This document shows, one piece after another, positions 37,193 through 47,689 of a stretch of 64,000 nt of DNA. The stretch lies in NCBI GenBank assembly GCA_002269645.1, contig NIVC01003287.1, positions 1 through 64,000 on the forward strand, written 5' to 3'. The position numbers and the translations under genes are program-made. Below the pieces are notes generated by a model. It saw only the letters and a program-made list of their open reading frames with translations, was not told the origin of the DNA and made no database searches. Position 1 is the first letter of the stretch; each line of letters begins with the position of its first letter. The stretch is from Macrostomum lignano (taxonomy: Eukaryota).

Positions 37193-37495
37193 GGGGGTTG
37201 TAGCCTAGTGGTTAGGGCGTCGGACTCACGACTTGAAGGTCGGGGGTTCGATTCCCGATCCCTCTGCAACAATTTGTGTCCTTGAGCAAGACACTTAACT
37301 CTGCGTTGCTTCAGTTCACCCAGCTGTAAAATGGGTACCAGCATTAGCTGGGGTAATTGAGGGTGTGTGTGGCGACCCCCCAGTCCTTGGACTGAACAGC
37401 CGTACGCAGCCTTCAGATGCGCCGCGCAATAGCTGCGGCTGAGCTGTCGGTTGCACATCTGCCCATTGGGCAGGTGTAATCAATTATTATATTAT
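37193..37495 (+). mobile_element. tRNA-derived SINE, family B copy 2 (inside the MULE-like element)
   Basis: A box TAGCCTAGTGG, B box GGTTCGATTCC, central GTGTCCTTGAGCAAGACAC...CACCCAGCTGTAAAATGGGTACC, AT-rich tail. Confidence 0.85.
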
Positions 37496-38767
37496 TGATC
37501 ATATTTATGCAGGACTAAAAATTCGTTCTTTACGAGTAATGATGCAAGCTACATTTGCCTTTCAGCAATACATGCATTTGTTATGACGAATGTTCAAACG
37601 GATCATCTATACATAGCTATGGTTTGTTGAGCAGAGTGCTCTTTATAGAGCTAGCTTACCATTAACTTTAGCTTTTGACTGATTAATCCAAATATACTAA
37701 ATATTAGTCTATTAGGCAACTAATAGATTGTATAGTACGAGTCTATGGTATTGCTTTTAAATCTGGAAGATTCCATCCAATATATGAGATTAATATGACA
37801 TAGGAGAAAGAAAGAACCTTTAAATGTGGAAATCATCACCTTAATAGTAGAGTCTAGACTAGTAGGCAATGCTAGGACATATCAGATATGCCAAGTCACA
37901 ATTAGTGAATCTATATATATATACATGCATGTAAATCGATAATAAGCCCATAAAATTAATATAGAAAACAAGAGGCCACCCCTCCTCCTCTCTCCCCCAG
38001 TCCCTCAATGTTCGCCACTTTAAACCCCCCTCTCTCTCTCACAATGGAGTTTTATGAGTTTGCTCGCCACCTAAACTTGTGGGCTCCACTGATCACCCTC
38101 TCCTTTCATTTTTTGACTCCAAACCCCCAAGTTGGCAACCCCAAACACCAAAACCAAAAGCTTAGCCTAGTTGTGCACAGCTTTATATTGACGAATGAAA
38201 TTGAAAAGCTTGCTAGGCGCATTCTCATTATGCAAAAGAGGATAGAGAGATGAGAGAGTAGTTGAGAAAGAAGACAGGGGAAAGGTGAGATTGTAGAGAT
38301 GAGATAGTGGAGATGAAAGGAGAGATGAGACTCAATGAGAGAGTAGAAATGAGAGAGATGAAAGGAGAGATGAGAGATGAGAGAAGACAAGAGAGGGAGA
38401 GAGTATAGAAGAGAAGAAAAGAAAAGGGAAGAAAGGAGAAAGGAAAGAGAGGAGTCAAAAGAGGGGAAGAGAAGAGTACACAGGAGAGAGGTGAGAGAAC
38501 ATACGAGTACATGTATAAGAGTAAGATGAGTCGATGACAGATAAGAGAGGGGAGATGAGAGAGCAGAGACGAGAGAGAAGTGAGAAAACAGAAGAGAAGA
38601 TAGAAGGTTCAAAGGATGCAAGGAACATAGGGATCTAGAGGCCAGAGTTTTTCTGACATTCTGCGCCGCACCCCAGCCAACAATATCAATAGTTTGCCTC
38701 CAATCCTTATTTTCCACGAATTTAATCTATGTTATGTTTAACTCTATCCTAATTCCTAACTAATAAT

Positions 38768-39702
38768 TAGGGATTCCAATCCCGGGATCCCGGGATCCCG
38801 GGATCCCGGGATTGGGGCCAAAAATCCGGGATTTGAATCCCGGGATTTTTTTGGGAATCGAATCCCGGGATTTTTAATCCCGGGATTGCAAAAGACCGGG
38901 ATCGGGATCCCGGGATTTCAAGGCCTTAATCCCGGGATTGGTTCGGGATTAGAACGACCTTTCAATGCCTAAATTAGATAATTTAAAGTCTAAACGTTTA
39001 TTTGAATAATAAAACATTTATTTGTTTTTGCTGTTTCTCAATGAAACGTTAAACATTTGCAAAGCTCCTGTCCTAATTGAGCTAAAAATTGTTAATGTGA
39101 ACTGTAAATTATAGATAATTTTAACTGTTTTTTTTCGTCTTCTACCACGAGACGAGACTGAGGGCCTTTTCATATTGCTTGCTCTGGTTCCAGAACAAGA
39201 ACCAATTTGTGAAGTATAAACTTTTTGTCTCCATAACTAGAGGGAGATACGTGCTATAAAGTTTTTATTATTGAATGACAGTCGCCAAGAAGAAAGTGAA
39301 AAATTGTGCTAAGTGAGGCTGTTAAGGCAGTCAAATATTAACAGAGTTTAATAGTTATACTGCTGTTTTTCTTCGAATTCCGAACCGATTCTGGTTCTGG
39401 AATTGGTAATATGAAAAGGCCCTGAGACTCTGAGAGTCGTGAGACCATGACTACTGCACGCGGCACGCCGCACAGTCCGTCTAGCAATTTAGGGATTCCA
39501 ATCCCGGGATCCCGGGATTGGGGCCAAAAATCCGGGATTTGAATCCCGGGATTTTTTTGGGAATCGAATCCCGGGATTTTTAATCCCGGGATTGCAAAAG
39601 CACCGGGATTCCGGGATTTTGAATCCCGGGATTTAAACAGCATCGGGATTTCGGGACTATTCAATCCCGGGATTGTAAAATGTCGGGATTTTGGAATCCC
39701 TA
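38768..39702. mobile_element. Composite hAT-type element (TAGGGATTCCAA TIR) with a duplicated left end, 935 bp
   Basis: 8-bp TSD CTAATAAT at 38760-38767 and 39703-39710. A second left end starts at 39490. ATCCCGGGAT subterminal repeats. Confidence 0.8.
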
Positions 39703-40946
39703 CTAATAATAAAAGTTTTTGCTTGAGTTTAAACTCAGATTTTAGAATATATGCAAAATAGTTCCTAAGATTAGAATTCCCATTTCCCACGGTTCAAAAT
39801 CCGAGGGTTTCAACAGCCGTTACAGCTTGTATAAAGGTTATGTGTTCTGTTCTGCATCATTCTAGCTCGTAAATACAATATTTCACTACATGCATCGACT
39901 TAAAAGGGTTGACAGAGTGCTAAACTTTATAGGAGCATCATTTTTCCGGCAGTCATTTCGCTGGCAGTCAAATTGCTCAGCAGTCATTTTGTCGGCAGTC
40001 AAATTGCCGCAGTCATTTTATCGGCAGTCAAATTGCTCGGCAGTCAAATTGCCGCAGTCTTTTTGCTGGCAGTCAAATTGCCGCAGTCATATTGTCGGCA
40101 GTCAAATTGCCGCAGTCATATTGTCGGCAGTCAAATTGTTGGCAGTCATTTTGTCGGCAGTCATTTTGTTGGCATTCATTTTGTTGGCAGTCATTTTGTT
40201 GGCAGTCAAATTGTCGGCAGTCAAATTGTGGCAGTCAAATTGTGGCAGTCAAATTGTGGCAGTCAAATTGTGGCAGTCAAATTGTGGCAGTCAAATTGTG
40301 GCAGTCAATTGTCGTGCACCCCCGTAGCCCAGCGGTCTAGCGCAGGCTCTGGTGTGCCAGCGACCCAGGCTCGATTCCAAGTGCAGTCACATTAATTTGG
40401 GGCTGAATTGGAATCTCGGCTTGGCTCTGCTCGTGCAATTAACGGCCTTGAGAGCCAACCCCCCAAGGCGCAGTGAAGTGTACATGCCTAACGATAAAAT
40501 AAAGTTAGGGCCGCTGTACACTCCTGTGTGAGTGTGTGCCTGCATACGTATCCGCGCGCTTGTATGCCTGCTCAGGGGAGTCGGCGGAATGGGCACTAAT
40601 GCCTCTCGCCGGTTGTGTGCCTATGTCGCTTAAAGTGCGCCAGGGTGCACACAACCCCCTGCCTCTAATAAAAAATAAAAGCATGTGTGCTTTATCATGT
40701 ACATGCAAATATCTTGTGCAGCTGTACATGTCTATATATGCCTGTATGCTGGAGCTCGTACAGCTATATCTGCCCTTATCGTTCCGTGATTAGAAATCTG
40801 CAGATCTGCACACTATGGTTTCAGGGACTTCGATCCGTTAAATGTTAGATAGATTGCAGCGGGTGTCATGGAAGATACGTCGTACATTTGTAGAAGTTGG
40901 CGCTATCATATGGACACTGAGACATACATGTATCACCCGCTCATAT

Positions 40947-41217
40947 GAACAGGCACTAACTAACAACACTCTTATGAGCAGGCACTAACTAACAACACTC
41001 TTATGAGCAGGCACTAACTAACAACACTCTTATGAGCAGGCACTAACTAACAACACTCTTATGAGCAGGCACTAACTAACAACACTCTTATGAGCAGGCA
41101 CTATCTAACAACACTCTTATGAGCAGGCACTAACTAACAACACTCTTATGAGCAGGCACTAACTAACAACACTCTTATGAGCAGGCACTAACTAACAACA
41201 CTCTTATGAGCAGGCAC
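40947..41217. repeat. 29-bp minisatellite (gagcaggcactaactaacaacactcttat), about 9 copies
   Basis: Direct tandem copies. Confidence 0.95.
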
Positions 41218-41443
41218 ATCGTCATAATTCCCATGCAACTCGAACGATCGAGAGACACGCCCCCGCCCTGCTGATGGTTCAGCAGCTTGTTTTGAGAGCA
41301 AGCCGGAGAAGTGCTCAAAAGTGATGATGGGACTCTGCTTGCAGGGCACTATAATCGCGGGTGAGTCTATACGGTTATCTTCGATCTGCGGCCTTGACCG
41401 CGAAGGAAATATGGATCGCTGAATCCCAGTGTCAGGATTGCAA

Positions 41444-41653
41444 AACAGAGTGAGTCCCAGAGATCACAGAGTGAGTCCCAGAGATCACAGAGTGAGTCCC
41501 AGAGAACACAGAGTGAGTCCCAGAGAACACAGAGTGAGTCCCAGAGATCACAGAGTGAGTCCCAGAGATCACAGAGTGTCGAGTCCCAGAGAACACAGAG
41601 TGAGTCCCAGAGAACACAGAGTGAGTCCCAGAGAACACAGAGTGAGTCCTAGA
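41444..41653. repeat. 21-bp minisatellite (cagagtgagtcccagagatca)
   Basis: About 10 copies. Confidence 0.95.
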
Positions 41654-42097
41654 GAATAGCAGCTCAGATCCCAAGTCTGTCTGAATTCAAAATTCTGAAA
41701 CCAACCAGCTTCAGCTCATAAATCTGACCGAACAGCCCACAGCGGCAGTGACTGCAGCCGTCAATCCTCCTCTCTGCTCTTCTGTGCTGCACCGCCCTTT
41801 GTGCCCTCAGCTGTTAGCGAACTCTGATGTACCACACTGCACCAAATCAGTGACTGTCTTTGCCTTAAAACTGATCATTTTATACCTGCCTTTCTGCAGT
41901 TCACCTTCAAGTTGTTGCTGACAAAGGCGAACTTTAATCTGAATTCCGAATAATTAAAATAAATTCAGTTTATCCCACTCTGAGAAATAATTTACTAATA
42001 AATCTGATTACTCAAATATTGTCAATCAAAAATGTAAAACTTGTTTTCTCTGCTCAGTTTTGACTCTGAATTCAATGGGAATAAATTCTGGGCAGAT

Positions 42098-42480
42098 GGG
42101 GACTGGGTGTTGATGGAGCTGATGAGAGACTTGGTGTTGATGTGGCTAATGAGAGACTGGGTGTGTTGATGGAGCTAATGAGAGACCGGGGTGTTGATGG
42201 AGCTAATGAGAGACTGGGTGTTGATGGAGCTAATGAGAGACCGGGGTGTTGATGGAGCTAATGAGAGACTGGGTGTTGTATGGAGCTAATGAGAGACCGG
42301 GGTGTTGATGGAGCTAATGAGAGACTAAGTGTTGATGGAGCTAATGAGAATGGGTGCAAGGACCACTGAAGTCACTTCGTTAAAGTAGTCCTTGAATGGG
42401 TGTTGATGGAGCTAGAGAGAATGGGGTGTTGATGGAGCTAATAAGAAACTGGGGTGTTGATGGAGCTAGTAAGAGAGACT
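42098..42480. repeat. 27-28-bp minisatellite (gggtgttgatggagctaatgagagact)
   Basis: Tandem copies with diverged edges. Confidence 0.9.
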
Positions 42481-44132
42481 GGGAGGCTGATGCTGCTCAA
42501 TTAGTGGAGACTCAAGAATGAGACAGTTATCCGGAAAATTCGGGTTCATCATCCAACCCAGAAATTCTGCTGACACAGTCCTGCTCAGTGAACTAAACTC
42601 GCTGAATTGACTGAACCAGTTGCCAGTGTAGAGAGTTATTAGACCATACCGTAATGCTCTACTTAAAGTAATATTCTAAGGAAGTCAATTTCTTTCAAAA
42701 TGAGTCATATCTATTTTAGGAATCACGTGCAAACAGAATGATTTAGAACCCTACATTGTTTGATCAAGGAACCGGATTTCAACAGCTGTATTTGTTTAAC
42801 TCCATATATGGTAATGCTCAAACATGCATGACCGCTTAATCAAACATTTTTGACCTAAGTAAATACCCAATCCCAAACCGGTTTTTCTCCAAAATTTTGC
42901 TATAAATATAAGTCAAAATTCGAGTCACAAATTCAGACTCAGAGCGGTCTCTAAGAAGACTCCGAAGAAATAAGAAGACCAATCTCTGAGGGACCACACC
43001 TGTCCAATTGCTAAGCGTTTACCCGATTTAGTTAATTGTTAATAGCGCTAATAAGTTGATTAATTGAGTTTACGAGAGCCACTTATTGTCGACACATTTG
43101 AGAAAGGCCTCCTTGTTTCCTAGGATACATTCCTAGAGGATTTATTGAATTGAATTGAGTTATCCGTTACGTTTCGGACGTAACGAAGAAGACGCCCTTC
43201 AGGAGGACCTATCACAGAAAATTAGAGAATTCAATTATTCATTAGGGCGCACGTTCTACTGTTAATTCCGAGCTCGAGGACCGTCAAGAAGTTCTGATTC
43301 GCTCTCGTTTTTGGTCGACTCACAGATAAAAGTCAAGGACTCCCGGAGGTACTGAGTCACCTAAGCCAAACCAAGAAGCCTACAAGCCACTAAAGGATCC
43401 GCTGCAGTAAGTTATTTGAACTGGTAAATACCTAGGCACTTGTTCCCCAGTGTCTAGAAGTGGGAGTTTTTGAGTGACTGATCACCACTCTTAAACTCTT
43501 CACCAGTGCTGCACATGTAGTTCCAGAATCACAGATCCCATCCCAATCTGTTAGATGCAGGAGTGCATCCGGAGTTTCTGACAGCGCTTTAATGCACGAG
43601 TTTATGAAAATTGGGTTTTGTATCTTACTTTTTGTACTTTCCATCAATTTCCAAAAACTTCAACTTTCCAAAGCACTCATATTTTAACAACAATTTCCCA
43701 GCTAAAAATACCTGTGCCCATGCACACAGCAGTGACCCATTGAGGAAAATGCAACACAGAAGCGAGCGCTGAGTCTGCAGCGAGTGAGGAGAATTAAAGC
43801 AAACTGCATGCCATTTTTGCAGAAATTCAATTCAAAGTCAAGTTCCAGTTTCTGGTGCTGAAACTTCTAGAAATAGAAAAACAATGAGAGAAGTTATGAG
43901 GACCAAAGTAAGTTTAATTTAATTACTTTATGCATGCATAATGTTTATTGTGCTTCTATTCAATAAATATCAAATTCTGAATATGCTGGACGTAACAAAC
44001 AATTATCGGACAAAGAAGTTCATCGCGTGTTGAAAATTAATTATAAGAGAAACTCGATCGAAAACCCGACCTTTAATAAATCAATCACTCCAGTAAGACT
44101 ACAGTTTAATTGTTTTCGGCAAGTGAATAAAA

Positions 44133-45806
44133 TTAGGATGCACTGAACACCTGCAGTCTCATGTTGCCTCTGTCAGCCACCACCAGCTGCTCGCGCGGAC
44201 CTCCCGTCACCACCGCAAGACCCCATGGACGGTTGAATCTGCCGTCTCCGCTGCCGCTCTCGCCCGAAGTCCCCAGAGTCCACAGCAGCGACCCGTCGTC
44301 TGCAGCCACCGCTCGCACTGAGTGACCCCACAATTCACTCACGAACAGGCGGCCTCTGCTGTCGACGGCCACATCCAATGGCCAAACAAACTGTTTAAGG
44401 CGAGAGCTCTGAGTCGGGAAGGAGGCGACCAGCTGCTGGGTGTCGATGCTCACTCTGTGCACCTGATCGTGCTTAAATTCTGTCACCAGCATACAGTTGT
44501 CGTGAGTCGCCAGGTTGCGCAGATCAGCACGAGGAAGCTGAGACAGCGTGATGACCGTCTCCATCTGCCAAGTCTCTTTGCTGAATGCAGCAATTTTGTT
44601 TCCACTGGACACAAACATGGAGGCTGCGTTGCCGCCGATTCCCTTGATGTCACCGAAGTCCCTGATGAATGGGCGGACTCGACGCACCGCACGACCGCTC
44701 AGGTCCGTCACTGTCACTGCGTCAGGCTGAGCAATGAACAGCAGCTGACGATCGCAGTGAAGGCCACAGATGCGCTGCTTCCAGTCGATGTCGCAGTGGC
44801 ACCGCAGCTTCTGTGAGCCGTCCGCAGACAGCACCAGTAGGTGTTTTCTGTTCGGAAGGAATGATGCAAAGATGCAGGGCTGAGGCAGAGGTTTTCTGCG
44901 TTTTTTGCGGTCTCCCGCTGAGTCGGCGGGAACCACACGGCCTGAGCGGTTACCAACGTATCCGCTGGTGTCGCTGCTCACAGCCAGCCATTGAACTGGG
45001 CGATCCAGCTTCACCTCGTGACTGAAGACCATCGGCTCTAACATTCTCTGAGCAGCCTCTATCTCATCAGAAGTCGCGGTCACCGCAGTCTCTCTCGACC
45101 AGTCGCCCTCTTCACTGCGTCCCGCACAAATGCCGACCAGCCGCTCGAGCTGGCCCAGAAGCCGCAGCTGCAGCTCCTCATTGTCGCTCTGGTCTCTGCG
45201 CAGCCGCTCTGACCTCTCAAAGTCGGCCTCCAAGTCTCCAAGCGATTCGTGCATGGACTGGACCAGGCGAAGCAGCTCCGCCATGTCGCCTGCAGCCTCC
45301 GCCGTGGCCACCTCCTGCTTGTAGCTGGAGACGTCCTCGAGGTCCCGCTCGCACACACGCACTGCCTCAAGCACACCTAAGAGCTGGCCCGTCACCCTGC
45401 TACGAAACGAGTCGATGTGTTGCTGTACCAAATCGAATTTGTGATTGACCTCTTGCAGCTGCTGTTGGATGTCGAGAGCGAGACGACGCAGCGACTCAGC
45501 GTCTTTTCGGTGTCGCAGCAGCGCTGCATGGCCAGCTGCACCTGCTGCGCCTTGTGACTCTTGTGACTCTTGTGACTGTTGTGACTCTTGTGAGTCTTGT
45601 GACTCTTGTGAGTAGGCACGCAGCAGATCGTCGACCTCCTCCTTGAGTTTGAATAGATTGGCCACATCGACACTGAGGTGTTGACTGCACATGTGGCAGC
45701 GGGAGAATGGAGCCACACCGACTGCAGCTTGGTTGCAGATGATGCAGAGAGGAGTTGCGGGAGGCGCGTCCGAACTCGAGCTGTCGCTGGAGCTGCTGTG
45801 GCTCAT
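44133..45806 (-). CDS. Intact single-coding-exon B-box-like/coiled-coil/NHL-repeat protein (TRIM-NHL-like, no RING), 557 aa; paralog B
   Basis: CxxC-x12-CxxCxxH motif, long coiled coil, NHL repeats (GSGDGRFNRPWGLAV...LVVADRGNMRLQVF). ATG at 45806, 11 nt after an acceptor AG. The ORF track starts 14 codons earlier. Confidence 0.85.
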   Translation of the reverse strand: MSHSSSSDSSSSDAPPATPLCIICNQAAVGVAPFSRCHMCSQHLSVDVANLFKLKEEVDDLLRAYSQESQDSQESQQSQESQESQGAAGAAGHAALLRHRKDAESLRRLALDIQQQLQEVNHKFDLVQQHIDSFRSRVTGQLLGVLEAVRVCERDLEDVSSYKQEVATAEAAGDMAELLRLVQSMHESLGDLEADFERSERLRRDQSDNEELQLRLLGQLERLVGICAGRSEEGDWSRETAVTATSDEIEAAQRMLEPMVFSHEVKLDRPVQWLAVSSDTSGYVGNRSGRVVPADSAGDRKKRRKPLPQPCIFASFLPNRKHLLVLSADGSQKLRCHCDIDWKQRICGLHCDRQLLFIAQPDAVTVTDLSGRAVRRVRPFIRDFGDIKGIGGNAASMFVSSGNKIAAFSKETWQMETVITLSQLPRADLRNLATHDNCMLVTEFKHDQVHRVSIDTQQLVASFPTQSSRLKQFVWPLDVAVDSRGRLFVSELWGHSVRAVAADDGSLLWTLGTSGESGSGDGRFNRPWGLAVVTGGPREQLVVADRGNMRLQVFSAS

Positions 45807-45859
45807 TGTTGGATTGGCTGTGAGGAGTTGAAATGTAGATGAAGTCAAAACCCAACGTA

Positions 45860-46034
45860 GGATGCAGTGTGGGGATGGGGTGCAGTGTGGGAATGGGGTG
45901 CAGTGTGAGGATGGGGTGCAGTGTGGGAATGGGGTGCAGTGTGGGAATGGGGTGCAGTGTGAGGATGGGGTGCAGTGTGAGGATGGGGTGCAGTGTGAGG
46001 ATGGGGTGCAGTGTGGGAATGGGGTGCAGTGTGA
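45860..46034. repeat. 18-bp G-rich minisatellite (gatggggtgcagtgtgag)
   Basis: About 10 copies upstream of paralog B. Confidence 0.93.
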
Positions 46035-46488
46035 ATGGGCTGAAAAGAACCCGTGACACTGAAGGTGTCAGTAAATGATAGTCTATCAAACACTAAGACA
46101 GCTATAAGTATAAATAAAAAATGATATGTTTAAAAAGCAAAGCAAATGTTATTGCATGGCATGAAAACTTAACTGTGGTAAATGATGAGCATATAAAAAT
46201 GCTGTCTTTAAATTCAGTATATTTTGCATGCAGCACATAGTTAATGAAAAGGCAAATCACAATTATCTATTTTGGATTAGATAATCAGAATTATTCGACA
46301 GATAATTTGATAATATACAATAGTACACTCATAAATAACAGTACACTATTATTAGTGCCCAGATTTAAAGTGCAATGCCAGTGGAATACTAAGGTTGTAG
46401 CAGCCGGTAAATGATGACTCATCAAAAAAGCAAAAAATTAATTAAAGCCTGTTCAAGAACTCGTAATGCCCATAGCAGCACACAGATA

Positions 46489-46943
46489 CTCAGGCTACTC
46501 AGCCAAGCAACCACAGCAGCTCAGGCTACTCAGCCAAGCAAAGTCAGCAGCTCAGGTTACTCAGCCAAGCAAAGTCAGCAGCTCAGGCTACTCAGCCAAG
46601 CAAAGTCAGCAGCTCAGGCTACTCAGCCAAGCAAAGTCAGCAGCTCAGGTTACTCAGCCAAGCAAAGTCAGCAGCTCAGGCTACTCAGCCAAGCAAAGTC
46701 AGCAGCTCAGGCTACTCAGCCAAGCAAAGTCAGCAGCTCAGGCTACTCAGCCAAGCAAAGTCAGCAGCTCAGGCTACTCAGCCAAGCAAAGTCAGCAGCT
46801 CAGGTTACTCAGCCAAGCAAAGTCAGCAGCTCAGGCTACTCAGCCAAGCAAAGTCAGCAGCTCAGGCTACTCAGCCAAGCAAAGTCAGCAGCTCAGGCTA
46901 CTCAGCCAAGCAAAGTCAGCAGCTCAGGCTACTCAGCCAAGCA
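46489..46943. repeat. 31-bp minisatellite overlapping the TSC2 stop codon
   Basis: Unit ctcaggctactcagccaagcaaagtcagcag, about 15 copies. Confidence 0.96.
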
Positions 46944-47609
46944 ACCAATCCCAGCCTCTCGATCAGCCAGACTCCAGACCCTCCTCAGCTGCAGCAGCCT
47001 CGCCAGATAGACGTTGCCACCAGGATTGGCGGCATCCCTGGGCGCACCGGTGGCAACCTGAGCTGCCAAGTCTGTCAGCAGAGCCAACTGCGAGGCAACC
47101 AGAGGCAGCGCGTTGTCGCTAACCAAGCAGAGCCGCCAGTCGCTGAACGAGTCTGCCAATCCCGGCACATCCTTGACAACCAATCGAACTCGATTGAGCC
47201 CGTTCGGCAGCGGCTGAATCACTAAATGGGAGAAGAGGCATTGCGTTGCTATGGACTCAACTCCATAGCGACTGCCAGCCTCTTGATAAATTACTGCGGT
47301 TAGATCGTTGCCAACCAAGCGCTTCTTCCGATTGATGCCTTCCCGACCTCTGCCGCTCTCGGCCGGTCGCATCGCTGTCACGGCGTGGAAAACCGCGGAC
47401 TTCAGACCCAGCCTCAGCTGCCACAGCCACCTGCCGTCATCCTCGGCATCCCAGCCTCCGGTTCCAGCGCCATCATCGCGAAGTAGATCCCTCGGAGTTG
47501 CCAGGCGGCGAAGGAAGGCGGCGTAGCGAGGGGAACCGGCCTGGTTTGAGAAGAACTCAGACTCGGCTGACTGGTGCTGGTCGGCGTATACCAGGCCGAT
47601 GGAGTGCAC
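46929..47609 (-). CDS. TSC2: TSC2/tuberin last exon (Rap/Rheb-GAP domain)
   Basis: HSIGLVY...SNQAGSPRYAAFL...AVFHAVTAM...KKRLVGNDLTAVIY...VSDNALPLVASQLAL matches the tuberin GAP domain. Phase 0. Confidence 0.93.
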   Translation of the reverse strand: MHSIGLVYADQHQSAESEFFSNQAGSPRYAAFLRRLATPRDLLRDDGAGTGGWDAEDDGRWLWQLRLGLKSAVFHAVTAMRPAESGRGREGINRKKRLVGNDLTAVIYQEAGSRYGVESIATQCLFSHLVIQPLPNGLNRVRLVVKDVPGLADSFSDWRLCLVSDNALPLVASQLALLTDLAAQVATGAPRDAANPGGNVYLARLLQLRRVWSLADREAGIGCLAE

Positions 47610-47689
47610 CTGCGGGTGGGGAGGGTTGGGGACATTGCTGATGGCGGAGGAGGCTGGCTGATAGGGACAGACTGTGTGGCTGGATCATA

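Larger units (their letters stand above)
36756..40321. mobile_element. 3.57-kb MULE/Foldback-like element with modular TIRs of about 370-380 bp (12-15-bp GACTGCC repeats) and 9-bp TSD
   Basis: TSD CCGTAGCCC at 36747-36755 and 40322-40330. Termini GGGT..GACAATTGACTGCCACAATTTGACTGC in inverted orientation. Arms 36764-37138 and 39948-40313. Confidence 0.8.
36740..40677 (+). mobile_element. tRNA-derived SINE family A, about 363 bp when rejoined, split in its A box by the MULE-like insertion
   Basis: 15-bp TSD AAAGCATGTGTGCTT at 36725-36739 and 40678-40692. Rejoined head GGGGGCCGTAGCCCAGCGG (A box), GGCTCGATTCC (B box), A-rich tail. Confidence 0.75.

Noticed and set aside
37193-37260. tRNA gene
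   Set aside because: A and B boxes are present, but the sequence continues into a SINE body shared with 35917-36240.
41230-41366. Possible exon ending in a GTGAGT donor between two minisatellites
   Set aside because: Only about 45 open codons, no clear acceptor, no partner exon and no homology I can recognise. RNA-seq could revive it.
43161-43212. Penelope-type minimal hammerhead-like motif on the - strand (CTGAAGG...CGAAACGTA)
   Set aside because: Core position A9 is G and stem I is mismatched next to the core. At best a decayed relic; an Infernal search with hammerhead models would decide.
43432-43647. 71-aa ORF
   Set aside because: No splice partners or recognisable motifs.
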